A stretch of 64,000 bases of DNA, taken from Nitrosopumilaceae archaeon. Lineage in GTDB: Archaea; Thermoproteota; Nitrososphaeria; Nitrososphaerales; Nitrosopumilaceae. The notes under the pieces were generated by a model. The model was not told the origin of the DNA. It searched no databases and worked only from the letters and a program-made list of their open reading frames with translations. A program made the position numbers and the translations under genes. Each line of letters starts with the position of its first letter. The stretch's first letter is position 1. Where the stretch lies: contig OZ242365.1 of assembly GCA_965208905.1 (NCBI GenBank), forward strand, positions 1,312,001 through 1,376,000, written 5' to 3'. Below, piece after piece: positions 20,284 through 32,303 of this stretch.

Positions 20284-20510
20284 AGGTGGTAGACAGGCCG
20301 AACTCACAAGATTAGACTTTAGTAAAAAGCGAATAGAATAATCCCCCATAGACATACACTAAGTTGGGTCTGGCAAATATGCTTGATTAGGCTAATGTCT
20401 GTTTGGATGGTGGTGACCGATTACAGTCGGTCTGACTACTACTAAAAGTGTCCGAGTCGCTACTATCTAATTTTGGTTACAAACCACTCACAAGTCTGTT
20501 GTTGAGTTTT

Positions 20511-20528
20511 TTGTAATATATATTACAA
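20511..20528. promoter_or_regulatory. Perfect 18-bp palindrome beside the hsp20 TATA box (candidate operator)
   Basis: TTGTAATATATATTACAA followed by TTTATATT; ATG at 20565. Confidence 0.5.
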
Positions 20529-20564
20529 TAATTTATATTATGTAATGTCTATTACATATTTAGT

Positions 20565-20981
20565 ATGAAAATAACATTACTTGAAGATTTTGACAAAATC
20601 TTTGAGCAGATATTCTCAGGAAACTGTTACATGGCACCATCACTGTGCTACTGCCATGATGCGACCAACTCTAATAACATACCGGACATACAAACGTCTC
20701 AAGGCAATACAATACAAATAGACACTATTCACGACAAAGAGAATAATGAGATAAAGCTAGTATCAGAAATACCTGGTGTCGAAAAGAAAGACATACAGGT
20801 TGTCGTCGATGACAATGTTGTCTCAATTGATGCTGTTCGTGATGAGCGAAAGTATCATGCTCATATACGACTTAATCAGTCGCTGTCTGGCGATGTTAGT
20901 GCTACATACAGGAATGGAATCCTAGAGATCACCTTGGGTCTAAATAGCAGACCAAAAGGAAGAGAGGTGAAGGTAGAATAA
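20565..20981 (+). CDS. Small heat-shock protein Hsp20
   Basis: EIPGVEKKDI, ATYRNGILEI alpha-crystallin motifs. Confidence 0.9.
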   Translation: MKITLLEDFDKIFEQIFSGNCYMAPSLCYCHDATNSNNIPDIQTSQGNTIQIDTIHDKENNEIKLVSEIPGVEKKDIQVVVDDNVVSIDAVRDERKYHAHIRLNQSLSGDVSATYRNGILEITLGLNSRPKGREVKVE

Positions 20982-21021
20982 CCTTCTTTTTTTATTATTT
21001 TTATGGGAGTGTATGGGGTGA

Positions 21022-23172
<2,151 letters not shown>

Positions 23173-23269
23173 CATAACTGTGAAAAATAGTAACAACTCA
23201 TACCCTGTATATACAGTTTCATAACAACCTGACGGCTGCCAGTTATGTATATCTCATCAAACACCTGCA

Positions 23270-23503
23270 CCGGCATTACCATGCGAAAGTGCTGGACGAC
23301 GCGTGTGATGACATAGAGATACTGCACCTGCCGCCCCACACCCCGCAGCTCAACCCCATCTAGGCAGAGTGGAGGAAAGTAAGGGCGGCCATCGCCGACA
23401 TCTTCTTTGATGGCCTGTACAGTATGCGGAATGCCATAAGGCAGATTATTCGCAACGGGGAGATGACAATAGTTAAAATGTTTGACTGGCTGCTGGTACC
23501 ATA
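23270..23503 (+). pseudogene. IS630 transposase C-terminal remnant
   Basis: IEILHLPPHTPQLNPI*AEWRKVRAAIADIFF...; stop at the catalytic Glu position. Confidence 0.7.
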
Positions 23504-23755
23504 GCGGCCCGATGCGTCTTGGAACTATCCCGGGGCCGGAAGTGGCCTACCCGTCTTCCGCAACCAGCTCTCTACAGGCGATGGGGCGGTAATGTCTATC
23601 TATTCATTCTGAGTTTTTCCATTCTTTTTGACGAGTACCATACATGACAATCCGGGTGCTTGGGAATGGCAATCGTATTTTTGAAGCCATACAATTTTGG
23701 GCGTAGACCTACCGTTCCTTTAGATCATCTGTGATAGTACGGCACTTGTGCGGCC

Positions 23756-25691
23756 TTATGGTGGCAGATCCGCGGGAGCAAGTATGTCCGACACATAATA
23801 TCCTGACCCAAATATCAGACCATCGTGCATTACAAGCCATGTGCGCTTGGTCTCTTCGTTGCTTGTTACCGGATTTATATGGTTATAGGCGACCCATGTG
23901 CCGGTTCCACGGCTGATTGCATCTATAATGTCTTGTGTGGCGAGCACCTCTGTAATGGCGCCCCAGTCTGCGACCTGTCCTATCAGATTTGGATTTACGT
24001 TCTGCGCCAGTGTGGTTCCTGTCTGCGGGTCGACTACAAAGAGATATGTGGCGAGTGGTTCGTCCGGTGTAGCATCAAATGCTGCAATGGCGGCATCCTT
24101 ACCCTTGTCCTCATATTGAAGTACGCTGCTAAACGTCACGGCCTGCACCTGTGAGTCCAGTATGTAATAACCCGAGCCAAAGACCAGTCCATCGTGCAGC
24201 TGCAAGTATGTGCGCTTTAGTTGCTCTACACCCGTAGCCGGATTGTGGAATGTGTACGTAAGCCATATTCTGCCGTTCTCTCTTAGCTCTGCAAGCACAT
24301 CATCAACCGACCTGCCGGATGTGTCAAGTATGGTCTCGGGTTGTCCCACCCTGGCAGGCACTACCCCATCGGCCAATCTGGTCCAGGATGTGGCGTTTAT
24401 CACAAACGGGTATAACGCGTCGGTAATGACAGGTTGTTTAGGCGTTATGATGTCAACCCACGCGTTGTTCTCACGGTTCGACTCGTAGATAAACCTAGCA
24501 TAGTCTGTCACCGACTGAGTATCAGCATCTGCAACGGTATATGGTGATAAGAAGATATAGTCATCATGGAAAATATACCATGCGCGTTTGATCTGCGTTA
24601 TACCGGTAAAAACGTCGTAAAATGCAACCTGTGTCCACCATGAATCTCCCTCCTCGAGTTGGTCTAACATCACATCGTTGCCCGTTGTCGATAGGGGGCG
24701 AACAGACCCGGCTAGACTGGGTACTCCCCCATGTGCAAGAATGTGTGTCGAGTTTGTCGCCACAGGATACATATCAATATGGTTAAGCATGCCCGAAGAA
24801 ATGACATCAAAGCCCGTCTCGGGATTGTTTCTGTATGTATAGATAGTATCGTCTACTACTGATTGTACCCGAATATCTGGTAGTGATATGCTTGCACCAA
24901 ATATGTAGCCATCATACAATATGATATACGAATGAGTGAGCTGGTCAGTCTGGGTTGCTGGATTTCGTGACATATGCCACACCCAGATACCGTCCTCATG
25001 AGACTGTAGCTCTTCTTTGATGTCTTGCAGAGATTTGTCGGCCATATTCAGGTAGGGGCTGATGGTTCCCACCAGTCCGGGCGCCCTTCCATGAGCCTCC
25101 ACCTCCAGCGTTGCGGCATTAAGCACAAAGGTCGACTGTGTCGATAGGGGATCGGGTACATCCGGTGTTATGATATCAAAGGCAGCAATACCGCGGGCCA
25201 TATACAGGATTTTGGCCGAGTCTGCCAGAGACTGGGCCCTGAAGTCGTGCGGATAATAACCCGAGCCAAAGACCAGTCCATCATACAGGTAGAGCCAAGT
25301 ACGTTTGAGCTGACTCACATCGGTAGCCGGGTTGTGGAATGTGTACGTCACCCATACACTGCCCCTTACCTCTAGTTCATCTAGCACATCTGTAACAGAC
25401 CTTGAGGAGGTATCAAGTATGGTCTCGGGTTGTCCCACCCTGGCAGGCACTACGCCATCGGCCAATCTGGTCCAGGATGTGGCGTTTATTATAAATGGGT
25501 ACAGCTCATCTGTTATGACGGGCGCCTCGGGGGTGATAATATCAAAGGCACCAACACCATGTGTCTCGTACAGCTGCACTGTATCCTCTATAAATTGTTG
25601 GACCTCAGAGTCTGGCAGGTAGTACCCTGCGCCAAATATGTAGCCATCATATAGGTGCAACAGTGTGCGCTTTGTCTGTGGCTGTCCGTTG
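23756..25691 (-). pseudogene. Multi-Cache-like repeat protein, 5'-truncated by a transposon end
   Basis: Repeated WxxYxFxNP...KRTW...DGLVFGSGYY modules; frame stays open to the TIR at 25692 and no continuation is seen beyond the element. Confidence 0.7.
24324..25489. repeat. Intragenic direct repeat, 77 bp (24324-24400 and 25413-25489), one mismatch
   Basis: Both copies encode INATSWTRLADGVVPARVGQPETILD; offset 1089 bp keeps frame. Confidence 0.9.
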
Positions 25692-25782
25692 GGAACTGGT
25701 GCATCTTGGTGACCTAGTGTGTGGTGGTGCGTGGGTGACCTGAGTTGAATTACTCAAATTAAAATGAAATGAAAAGGGGGAT

Positions 25783-27027
25783 TTATGCTGTGGATTTAGT
25801 TGCGGCTTGAATGAGTGTCATCCATTTGTTGTTACCTTCAACGGTAATACCTGCGGCCTCTGCTGGGGTTATTTGATTCGGTAATCCCAAGTGGGGTTTT
25901 ACAAAATTGTGATATAATCGCAGTCCAGAGATTATGCCAGAGTCTTCACGCTTAAGGCCACGGCACACTTTCTCTCTATGTCGCAGTGTTGCTCCGTTGA
26001 ATGATTCCATTTGGTTGTTATGATGTATGCCGTCAAACGCCACATCATGAATGTGTTCTGTATCTTTGTGTAGGAAGTTCTTTGCCTTGTATTGTTGCTT
26101 CCATGCATGATGGAAGTTAGCCGCTTTATCACTGATTAATGTGGTTGGGACTTTGCCTGTTACTTTTTTGGCTTGTTTAAACATGGGTGCCACATCATCA
26201 TTGCCCTTGTGTTCTGCTACCATCTTGGCTATCCAGAAGCGTGTCTCACTGTCTAGCATGGCGAATAGGTACTTTCTATTACCCTTGATTTTCAGATATA
26301 ACTCATCGGTACGCCATTGTTCACCAACTTGGGGTTTAATCTTGTCAACGAAGGTTTCCATCAGTTCTGCGTATTGTTTGCCCCATCGTTGTATGGTAGT
26401 GTGTACTACTGTAATACCAACCATCTTGAGTGTATTGGCCACCTTCCGTGAGGATAATCCACTAAACAGGAGATCTACTGCTTGAGTGATATGTTCAGGT
26501 GATGCCTGCTTCTTTTCAAATCCTAGGTTTTGGATAAATCTCCTGCCACACGTCCTGCACCCGAACTGTTGTTTGCCACGCTTAATACCCTTCTTGATAA
26601 TATCAGTTGAGTCACAGAATTTGCATTTTGTAAGGTCAACAACCTTGATAGTAGTGGTAACTTCCTCTTGGACGGCTGCCCTCATTCGCTTGCTAATTTC
26701 GATTGCATGAGCGTGCTTGCATACAACACCCCTGTACATTGAATCGGGACAGGAACAAACCCATCCTGATTCTGTATGTATCACCTCATAGACTTTACTA
26801 GAGGATTGACTTCTTACAGTATAGGTTGTATCATCTATTCTGGTTATCTGATTAGGCTTGCCTGCTATCTGCGCACCCCGTGTGATTCTAGCCGCCTGAC
26901 CGGGGCTATGGTTCTTATGGGGTGATAAGATAGTAGGCTCAGAGTGCAATTTGCTCTTCATTGGGATGGTCGAGATCCCTCTGACTTTCTTTTCATCATC
27001 GCCATACTTTGTTATTGTTTTATTCAT
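25783..27027 (-). CDS. IS6/IS240-like DDE transposase with N-terminal SWIM finger and Zn ribbon
   Basis: CSCPD...CKHAHA, CKFC...CRTC, WRTDELY, LISDKA, NNQMES. Confidence 0.85.
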   Translation of the reverse strand: MNKTITKYGDDEKKVRGISTIPMKSKLHSEPTILSPHKNHSPGQAARITRGAQIAGKPNQITRIDDTTYTVRSQSSSKVYEVIHTESGWVCSCPDSMYRGVVCKHAHAIEISKRMRAAVQEEVTTTIKVVDLTKCKFCDSTDIIKKGIKRGKQQFGCRTCGRRFIQNLGFEKKQASPEHITQAVDLLFSGLSSRKVANTLKMVGITVVHTTIQRWGKQYAELMETFVDKIKPQVGEQWRTDELYLKIKGNRKYLFAMLDSETRFWIAKMVAEHKGNDDVAPMFKQAKKVTGKVPTTLISDKAANFHHAWKQQYKAKNFLHKDTEHIHDVAFDGIHHNNQMESFNGATLRHREKVCRGLKREDSGIISGLRLYHNFVKPHLGLPNQITPAEAAGITVEGNNKWMTLIQAATKSTA

Positions 27028-27105
27028 GTATGTTATTAACGGTACGGTTATTTAACTGTTGCCAAAACCGCACGGTTTTTATATAGACATGTCTGTAATG
27101 TAATA

Positions 27106-27294
27106 ATGACGCGATGGAAAAAGAACGAGACAGAGTTCAGAGTCAAGATGCACCATTATAAGAACAGGGACGGCTCCGGCACATCAAGTTGCCGGATTCC
27201 CAGTCCTATAATTAACTACATGGGAAAGCCCAACGAATTGATATTTGTGATCAATAATAAGACGGGGGAGGTAGTCGTAAGTGCAGGTGACTAA
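27106..27294 (+). CDS. Small protein, possible AbrB/SpoVT-like DNA-binding regulator
   Basis: 62 aa, RIPSPIINYMGKPNELIFVI pattern; divergent from the transposase and overlapping the MTase start. Confidence 0.55.
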   Translation: MTRWKKNETEFRVKMHHYKNRDGSGTSSCRIPSPIINYMGKPNELIFVINNKTGEVVVSAGD

Positions 27295-28342
27295 AACACT
27301 GGCGTATGAACCAGATGCCGTATCTGACTTTGACCTGCTTATGGGCGATTCGGCAGACGTACTGACACGATTTCCGGATAATTCGATCAACTGCACCGTC
27401 ACGTCCCCACCGTACTGGGGACAACGCGAGTATGACACAAAAGACAGCATCGGACATGAAGGTTCGTTTGATGAATACATGCAACACTTGATATGCGTGT
27501 TTGACCAAGTGTATAGGGTAACGGCAAAAGATGGGTCGTTGTGGCTCAACATCGGGGACAGATACCACAACAAGAATCTCATGGGTATGCCTTGGAGGGT
27601 CGCGCTTGCCCTGAAGGATCGGGGATGGATACTGCGCAATGACATAATTTGGAACAAGGTACGCATGACTCAGAGCGCAAAGGACAGGCTCCGTGACCTG
27701 CACGAGTATGTGTTTCACTTCGTCAAGAATCCAAAATATTACTATAACAGGAAGGCTATACTGATCAAGCACGACGAGAAACCCAAAAGACGTAACGGTA
27801 GACTTGTGTCAATCACAGGTACAAGTGGGATCCGTTACAGGGAACAGATACGACTGTCAACGCATCTCTCAGACACGGAAAAACAAAACGCAGTTACGGC
27901 ATTGGACAATACACTACACGACATGGCAGACGGCAAGATTGTGGATTTTCGCATGGCCATACGCGGACAACAAAGAACGTCACATGGTTCCAGTGAAAAG
28001 ATCAGTGGTAGAGCAAAAGAGATAGAAAAGTACGGATTCTATGTCATATCGCAGAGTTCGGAGGGATACATGCCTACCGACTTGTGGAGTATCGTACCGG
28101 AAGACACACACCGAAAAGACATACACTGCGCGGTATATCCAACTACCCTCTTGGAGATCCCGATAAAGGCGACATGTCCACCGGGAGGACTCGTACTAGA
28201 TCCGTTTACGGGAACTGGTACTACTATAGTGGCCGCCCTCAAGCACGGCAAGCGTGGTATAGGCATAGACGTGAGTAGCGCTTATCTTACACATGCAGAA
28301 AACAGGATAAAGACATTCCAGCAGACGGGACTAGAATGTTGA
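27281..28342 (+). CDS. Site-specific DNA methyltransferase, beta class (likely N4-cytosine)
   Basis: TSPPYW motif IV N-terminal; DPFTGTGTT motif I C-terminal. Confidence 0.92.
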   Translation: MQVTKTLAYEPDAVSDFDLLMGDSADVLTRFPDNSINCTVTSPPYWGQREYDTKDSIGHEGSFDEYMQHLICVFDQVYRVTAKDGSLWLNIGDRYHNKNLMGMPWRVALALKDRGWILRNDIIWNKVRMTQSAKDRLRDLHEYVFHFVKNPKYYYNRKAILIKHDEKPKRRNGRLVSITGTSGIRYREQIRLSTHLSDTEKQNAVTALDNTLHDMADGKIVDFRMAIRGQQRTSHGSSEKISGRAKEIEKYGFYVISQSSEGYMPTDLWSIVPEDTHRKDIHCAVYPTTLLEIPIKATCPPGGLVLDPFTGTGTTIVAALKHGKRGIGIDVSSAYLTHAENRIKTFQQTGLEC

Positions 28343-29176
28343 GACCGGATCACTTTTGTTTATTTTTGCCCCTATGATTTTTTTGGCGTCCTCATAGTTG
28401 ATGAGCAGGTTACCATCAACTGCAAACGAGAACAAGAGATCAACCCACCTCGTGGCCATAATCTTCTTTCTGCGTATGCGGTATCGTTTATCTTCTTCTA
28501 CAAGTGAGTACAGGAAAAACATGAATGTCTCAGTAGAGTAGGACTTGATCTCATGCGTTTGTATCTTGAATTTCGATGTGAACTGCTCCCACAACTCGTC
28601 CTGCATGACGGCTATATATGGCATCTTCCATTCGTCGAACAACTGTCCCTTGAAGATAAACTGTGGTAGAAATCCCTTGAAGGACGCAAGCGTATTTAAC
28701 CCAAATGTGTAACTTTTTTTGAGCCTATCATTTAACAGGTCATCTATCGCAGTCGCAAATGATCCCGTACCCGTTGTGGCATCGGACTGTATCTCTACCC
28801 CTATGAACCTGTTTGGGTCTCTGACCGGTGTTAATATCCAGTCAAGATTACCGTAATCAAATCTCTCGTTGTCTGTCTTCTTTGCCAGTTTGACTTCGTT
28901 GCGTGCGTCAGTTTGTACCTCGGATCCCCAAATAAAGTCTCGTATTTCGTGCAGTATCTTATAATCGTCCTCATAAAATCGCCGCGGGCAGATGATCCTG
29001 TTTCTGTCTCCCAGACATGCAGAACAGTTGCCGTATTTCGATGCAGTTCGGTTGGGCTTGTCACACTGGACGATGCGCCTGTCAAACGGACACCCATAAT
29101 CGCGGTTGCGAAAGCGGGCCTTGGCCACGTCTGAATCGAATTTTTCGCCAAACGCCTCCAACTGTCTATTTGTCAT
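28331..29176 (-). CDS. NotI-family restriction endonuclease
   Basis: Cys4 cluster CPF...CDK...GNCS...ICPRRF, then NLDWIL...VEIQS PD-(D/E)xK variant; convergent with the MTase. Confidence 0.8.
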   Translation of the reverse strand: MTNRQLEAFGEKFDSDVAKARFRNRDYGCPFDRRIVQCDKPNRTASKYGNCSACLGDRNRIICPRRFYEDDYKILHEIRDFIWGSEVQTDARNEVKLAKKTDNERFDYGNLDWILTPVRDPNRFIGVEIQSDATTGTGSFATAIDDLLNDRLKKSYTFGLNTLASFKGFLPQFIFKGQLFDEWKMPYIAVMQDELWEQFTSKFKIQTHEIKSYSTETFMFFLYSLVEEDKRYRIRRKKIMATRWVDLLFSFAVDGNLLINYEDAKKIIGAKINKSDPVSTF

Positions 29177-29644
29177 GAAATATGTTGACTGACTTGTTTA
29201 TAATATATCTTGAGAGTGTGTGATATAATTCCCGGGGATTCCTAGGTCACCCACGCACCACCGTACAACAGGTCACCAAGATGCACCAGTTCCTATTTCG
29301 TGCAGTATCTTATAATCGTCCTCATAAAATCGCCGCGGGCAGATGATCCTGTTTCTGTCTCCCAGACATGCAGAACAGTTGCCGTATTTCGATGCAGTTC
29401 GGTTGGGCTTGTCACACTGGACGATGCGCCTGTCAAACGGACACCCATAATCGCGGTTGCGAAAGCGGGCCTTGGCCACGTCTGAATCGAATTTTTCGCC
29501 AAACGCCTCCAACTGTCTATTTGTCATGAAATATGTTGACTGACTTGTTTATAATATATCTTGAGAGTGTGTGATATAATTCCCGGGGATTCCTAGGTCA
29601 CCCACGCACCACCGTACAACAGGTCACCAAGATGCACCAGTTCC
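28943..29644. repeat. Tandem duplication of 351 bp (28943-29293, 29294-29644) including REase 5' end, promoter and right TIR
   Basis: Copies appear identical by eye; creates truncated ORF 29273..29527. Confidence 0.92.
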
Positions 29645-29688
29645 AAAATAACGTTACTGATATATACTTTGATTCAATAGCATCTGTT

Positions 29689-31266
29689 ATGGCTGGAAAG
29701 CGAATAGTTCTCACGGCCGACCGTAGTCTGATGACTAACTACCGCGGGAACTTTTTATACGGTTTTATCGCTTGTGGCCCGTATGAAGTTTTACCTGAAT
29801 GGGTATTCGATAAAGTATTCTGCCCTGCCGTAGAGACTGACCCACAGACCGGCGAGGCCAAGGTTGCGCAGGTGGGATTGAGGCGGGTAGAGAGCGCACT
29901 ACTTCAGGGGTATGGTCGAGACGAGGTGTTTGTGGCCAATCCAGATCATCTAGACAAGGTCATAGGTCCAGACACCAAAGTGGTAGGAATCAATGTTATG
30001 GACCCTCTGGGAATGGCACCGGTTACCACCACCATGTCACCAGAAAAGTTGTCATATGTGGCAATGAAATTCAAAAAGATGTGTGCCTCGATAATTCAAC
30101 TAAAGAAGAAGCATAACTTTCACGTGGTCGTGGGTGGAAATGGAGCTTGGGAGCTGGCAAAGACTGACCGTATGAGAATACATGGCGTAGACACCGTGGT
30201 GGTGGGCGAAGCAGATGAGTTGGCTTTAGATCTATTTCATGATTTGGAGGCGGGTGATGCCCCCGAACTGATGCACTGCTTTGTCAAAAACATACAGAAT
30301 ATACCCCGAATACAGGGGCCTACTGTCAACTCACTAATTGAGGCCATGCGGGGTTGTGGGCGAGGATGCGACTTTTGTGACGTCAATAAACGCTCCAAAA
30401 AAGATCTTCCCATAGATAGACTCCAGACCGAAGCAAAGATCAATCTGGATTATGGATTTGACTCCATATGGCTACATTCAGATGAGATGCTCCTATACGG
30501 GTGTGATAATCGTGACTTTATACCCAACAAAGATGCCATCACCGAGTTGTGGAGCGGTATGAAGAATTTAGGGGCTAATTTTGTGGGAACGACACATATG
30601 ACATTCTCGGCAGTGGCCGCAGATCCGGACCTGATGTATCAGATAGCAAACATCAATCGTCAACATGAGTCTGGAAGATGGCTTGCCACAAACCTTGGTA
30701 TAGAGACTGTGTCTCCCAAGATGGTAAGAAAGCACTTGGGGGTCAAAACCAGACCGTTCTCATATGAAGAATGGGGTAGTGTGGTTAGGGAAGGTGCTGC
30801 CATACTTAACAAGAATCACTGGTTCCCGGCAGCCACCATAATAATTGGATGGCCGGATGAGACCCCTGAAGATGTACAGTATACGATAGACATGATGGAT
30901 GACTTCCGGACGATGGACTTTAGAGGACTGGTGGCACCATTACTATATCAAGACTTTAGTGAAAAGAACTCTATGCATTTTGGTAACTTGAACGAGGCCC
31001 AGTTTACACTATTCTGGAGATGCTGGGAGAATAATCTACGGGTAATCAACGATATTATTCCAATAATACTGCGCAACAAGACATATGGCCCGCCCATGAA
31101 AGTGTTTATGTATGGTATAATCAAGGCTGGAACGTGGGCTATAATGAGATATCTTCGGGGTCTCTGTAAAGATTTGTTTAATGGCCGTACCCCCGATGAA
31201 ATAATCGAAAAATACTCAAAGAGTCGTTCTGTCTCTGCTCCCCGTATGCAAACAAAGAAACTCTAA
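29689..31266 (+). CDS. Radical SAM protein, GDGT ring synthase (GrsA/GrsB)-like
   Basis: CGRGCDFC; N-terminus LTADRSLMTNY...GLRRVESALL resembles Grs proteins as recalled; start ATG 29689 (the upstream extension lies in the TIR). Confidence 0.7.
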   Translation: MAGKRIVLTADRSLMTNYRGNFLYGFIACGPYEVLPEWVFDKVFCPAVETDPQTGEAKVAQVGLRRVESALLQGYGRDEVFVANPDHLDKVIGPDTKVVGINVMDPLGMAPVTTTMSPEKLSYVAMKFKKMCASIIQLKKKHNFHVVVGGNGAWELAKTDRMRIHGVDTVVVGEADELALDLFHDLEAGDAPELMHCFVKNIQNIPRIQGPTVNSLIEAMRGCGRGCDFCDVNKRSKKDLPIDRLQTEAKINLDYGFDSIWLHSDEMLLYGCDNRDFIPNKDAITELWSGMKNLGANFVGTTHMTFSAVAADPDLMYQIANINRQHESGRWLATNLGIETVSPKMVRKHLGVKTRPFSYEEWGSVVREGAAILNKNHWFPAATIIIGWPDETPEDVQYTIDMMDDFRTMDFRGLVAPLLYQDFSEKNSMHFGNLNEAQFTLFWRCWENNLRVINDIIPIILRNKTYGPPMKVFMYGIIKAGTWAIMRYLRGLCKDLFNGRTPDEIIEKYSKSRSVSAPRMQTKKL

Positions 31267-31583
31267 AGGTTGTCCAGTGCCTTGTCTGCAATCGTGTTGC
31301 GTTTTGGTGTCAGAACGACAAAGTACATCTTGTCAGCACGCTCGACTGATTCTACGATGTGATGTTCGCCTGTTGAGATGTCAAACTCATAGATTCCTGG
31401 TTCAAGTGACCCTTTAGCGTATACCATCAGAAAGCTGTCGGTATTCTGTGACAGTGGTATAAATGACATCAGGTATCCTTTATACGAGTTTATTGGTAGC
31501 GTATTCTTCATCGGTGCTGCTGCCGAAGACAACAGCATGAAGACATCTTTTAGACTATCAAATTCAGTATATTCTACATTCAT
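31263..31583 (-). CDS. Hypothetical protein
   Basis: 106-aa ORF convergent with the radical SAM gene. Confidence 0.7.
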   Translation of the reverse strand: MNVEYTEFDSLKDVFMLLSSAAAPMKNTLPINSYKGYLMSFIPLSQNTDSFLMVYAKGSLEPGIYEFDISTGEHHIVESVERADKMYFVVLTPKRNTIADKALDNL

Positions 31584-31844
31584 GTCAATGTGCTATAATC
31601 AATCTATAATAATAATCTAGACACAAGAGGGTAACTTTTGATCAAAATGCCAACATCACCGTGTTGTATGGTATACTGTGAACGTTACACATTTTATTTC
31701 GCTTGCCAAAAAGTAGACTATAAGATGAGTTATTCTTACTGTGCAGTGGGTTGTGTAGAATAGCAGCACATTTTTGGTTCTGGTTACGAGTGTTTGTGGG
31801 CTGTTTTTCGGTCAGCTGTAACCAAACAAACACATTTAACAGTG

Positions 31845-32276
31845 ATGACTCTGAATAACGATGTGAAGATAAAACGTGTTGCCAACGTTATACTCGCAGT
31901 AAAAGATCTAGATCGTTCGTTGCACTTTTATCATGAAATAATTGGCTTGCCAATAAAGATGCAGAGGCGCACATGGATTGACTTGGGAGTGAGTGGGGGA
32001 TTGCTTAGTTTGCATCCCGCATCACTGACTGCTGAACATCTAGGTGGTTCCATTGACAATGGCATTACAATTGGATTTTTAGTTGGTGATGTAAGATCTG
32101 CATTGGAAGAACTACAAGAGAAAGGAGTTCGAGTGTATCGCGACATTGTAGAGCGCGAAGCCGGAAAGAATGCTATAGTATATGACCCCGACGATTATTT
32201 GATATCTCTCTTTGAGCCAAACTTTAAGGATAAAGAACAACAGACTGGCGGTTATCACGGTTTCACCCCTGCCTAA
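31845..32276 (+). CDS. VOC/glyoxalase-family protein
   Basis: VILAVKDLDRSLHFYHEIIGL, FLVGDV, YDPDDYLISL. Confidence 0.85.
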   Translation: MTLNNDVKIKRVANVILAVKDLDRSLHFYHEIIGLPIKMQRRTWIDLGVSGGLLSLHPASLTAEHLGGSIDNGITIGFLVGDVRSALEELQEKGVRVYRDIVEREAGKNAIVYDPDDYLISLFEPNFKDKEQQTGGYHGFTPA

Positions 32277-32303
32277 ACTATTATCAAACTTTTAGTGTCT
32301 TTA

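Larger units (their letters stand above)
25692..29644. mobile_element. Transposon with ~50-bp TIRs carrying a type II restriction-modification system
   Basis: Left GGAACTGGTGCATCTTGGTGACCT-N7-GGTGGTGCGTGGGTGACCT at 25692; inverted copies end at 29293 and 29644; no TSD seen. Confidence 0.88.

Noticed and set aside
24324-25489. Diversity-generating retroelement TR/VR pair
   Set aside because: Both copies are in-frame coding repeats with only one mismatch, and no reverse transcriptase is in the window.
29273-29527. Separate 84-aa gene
   Set aside because: Truncated duplicate of the NotI-like 5' end created by the 351-bp duplication.
25692-29644. Casposon
   Set aside because: Has long TIRs but no Cas1 or family B polymerase.
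29632-29688. N-terminal extension of the radical SAM protein
   Set aside because: The upstream ATG lies inside the transposon TIR; 29689 has its own TATA-like box.
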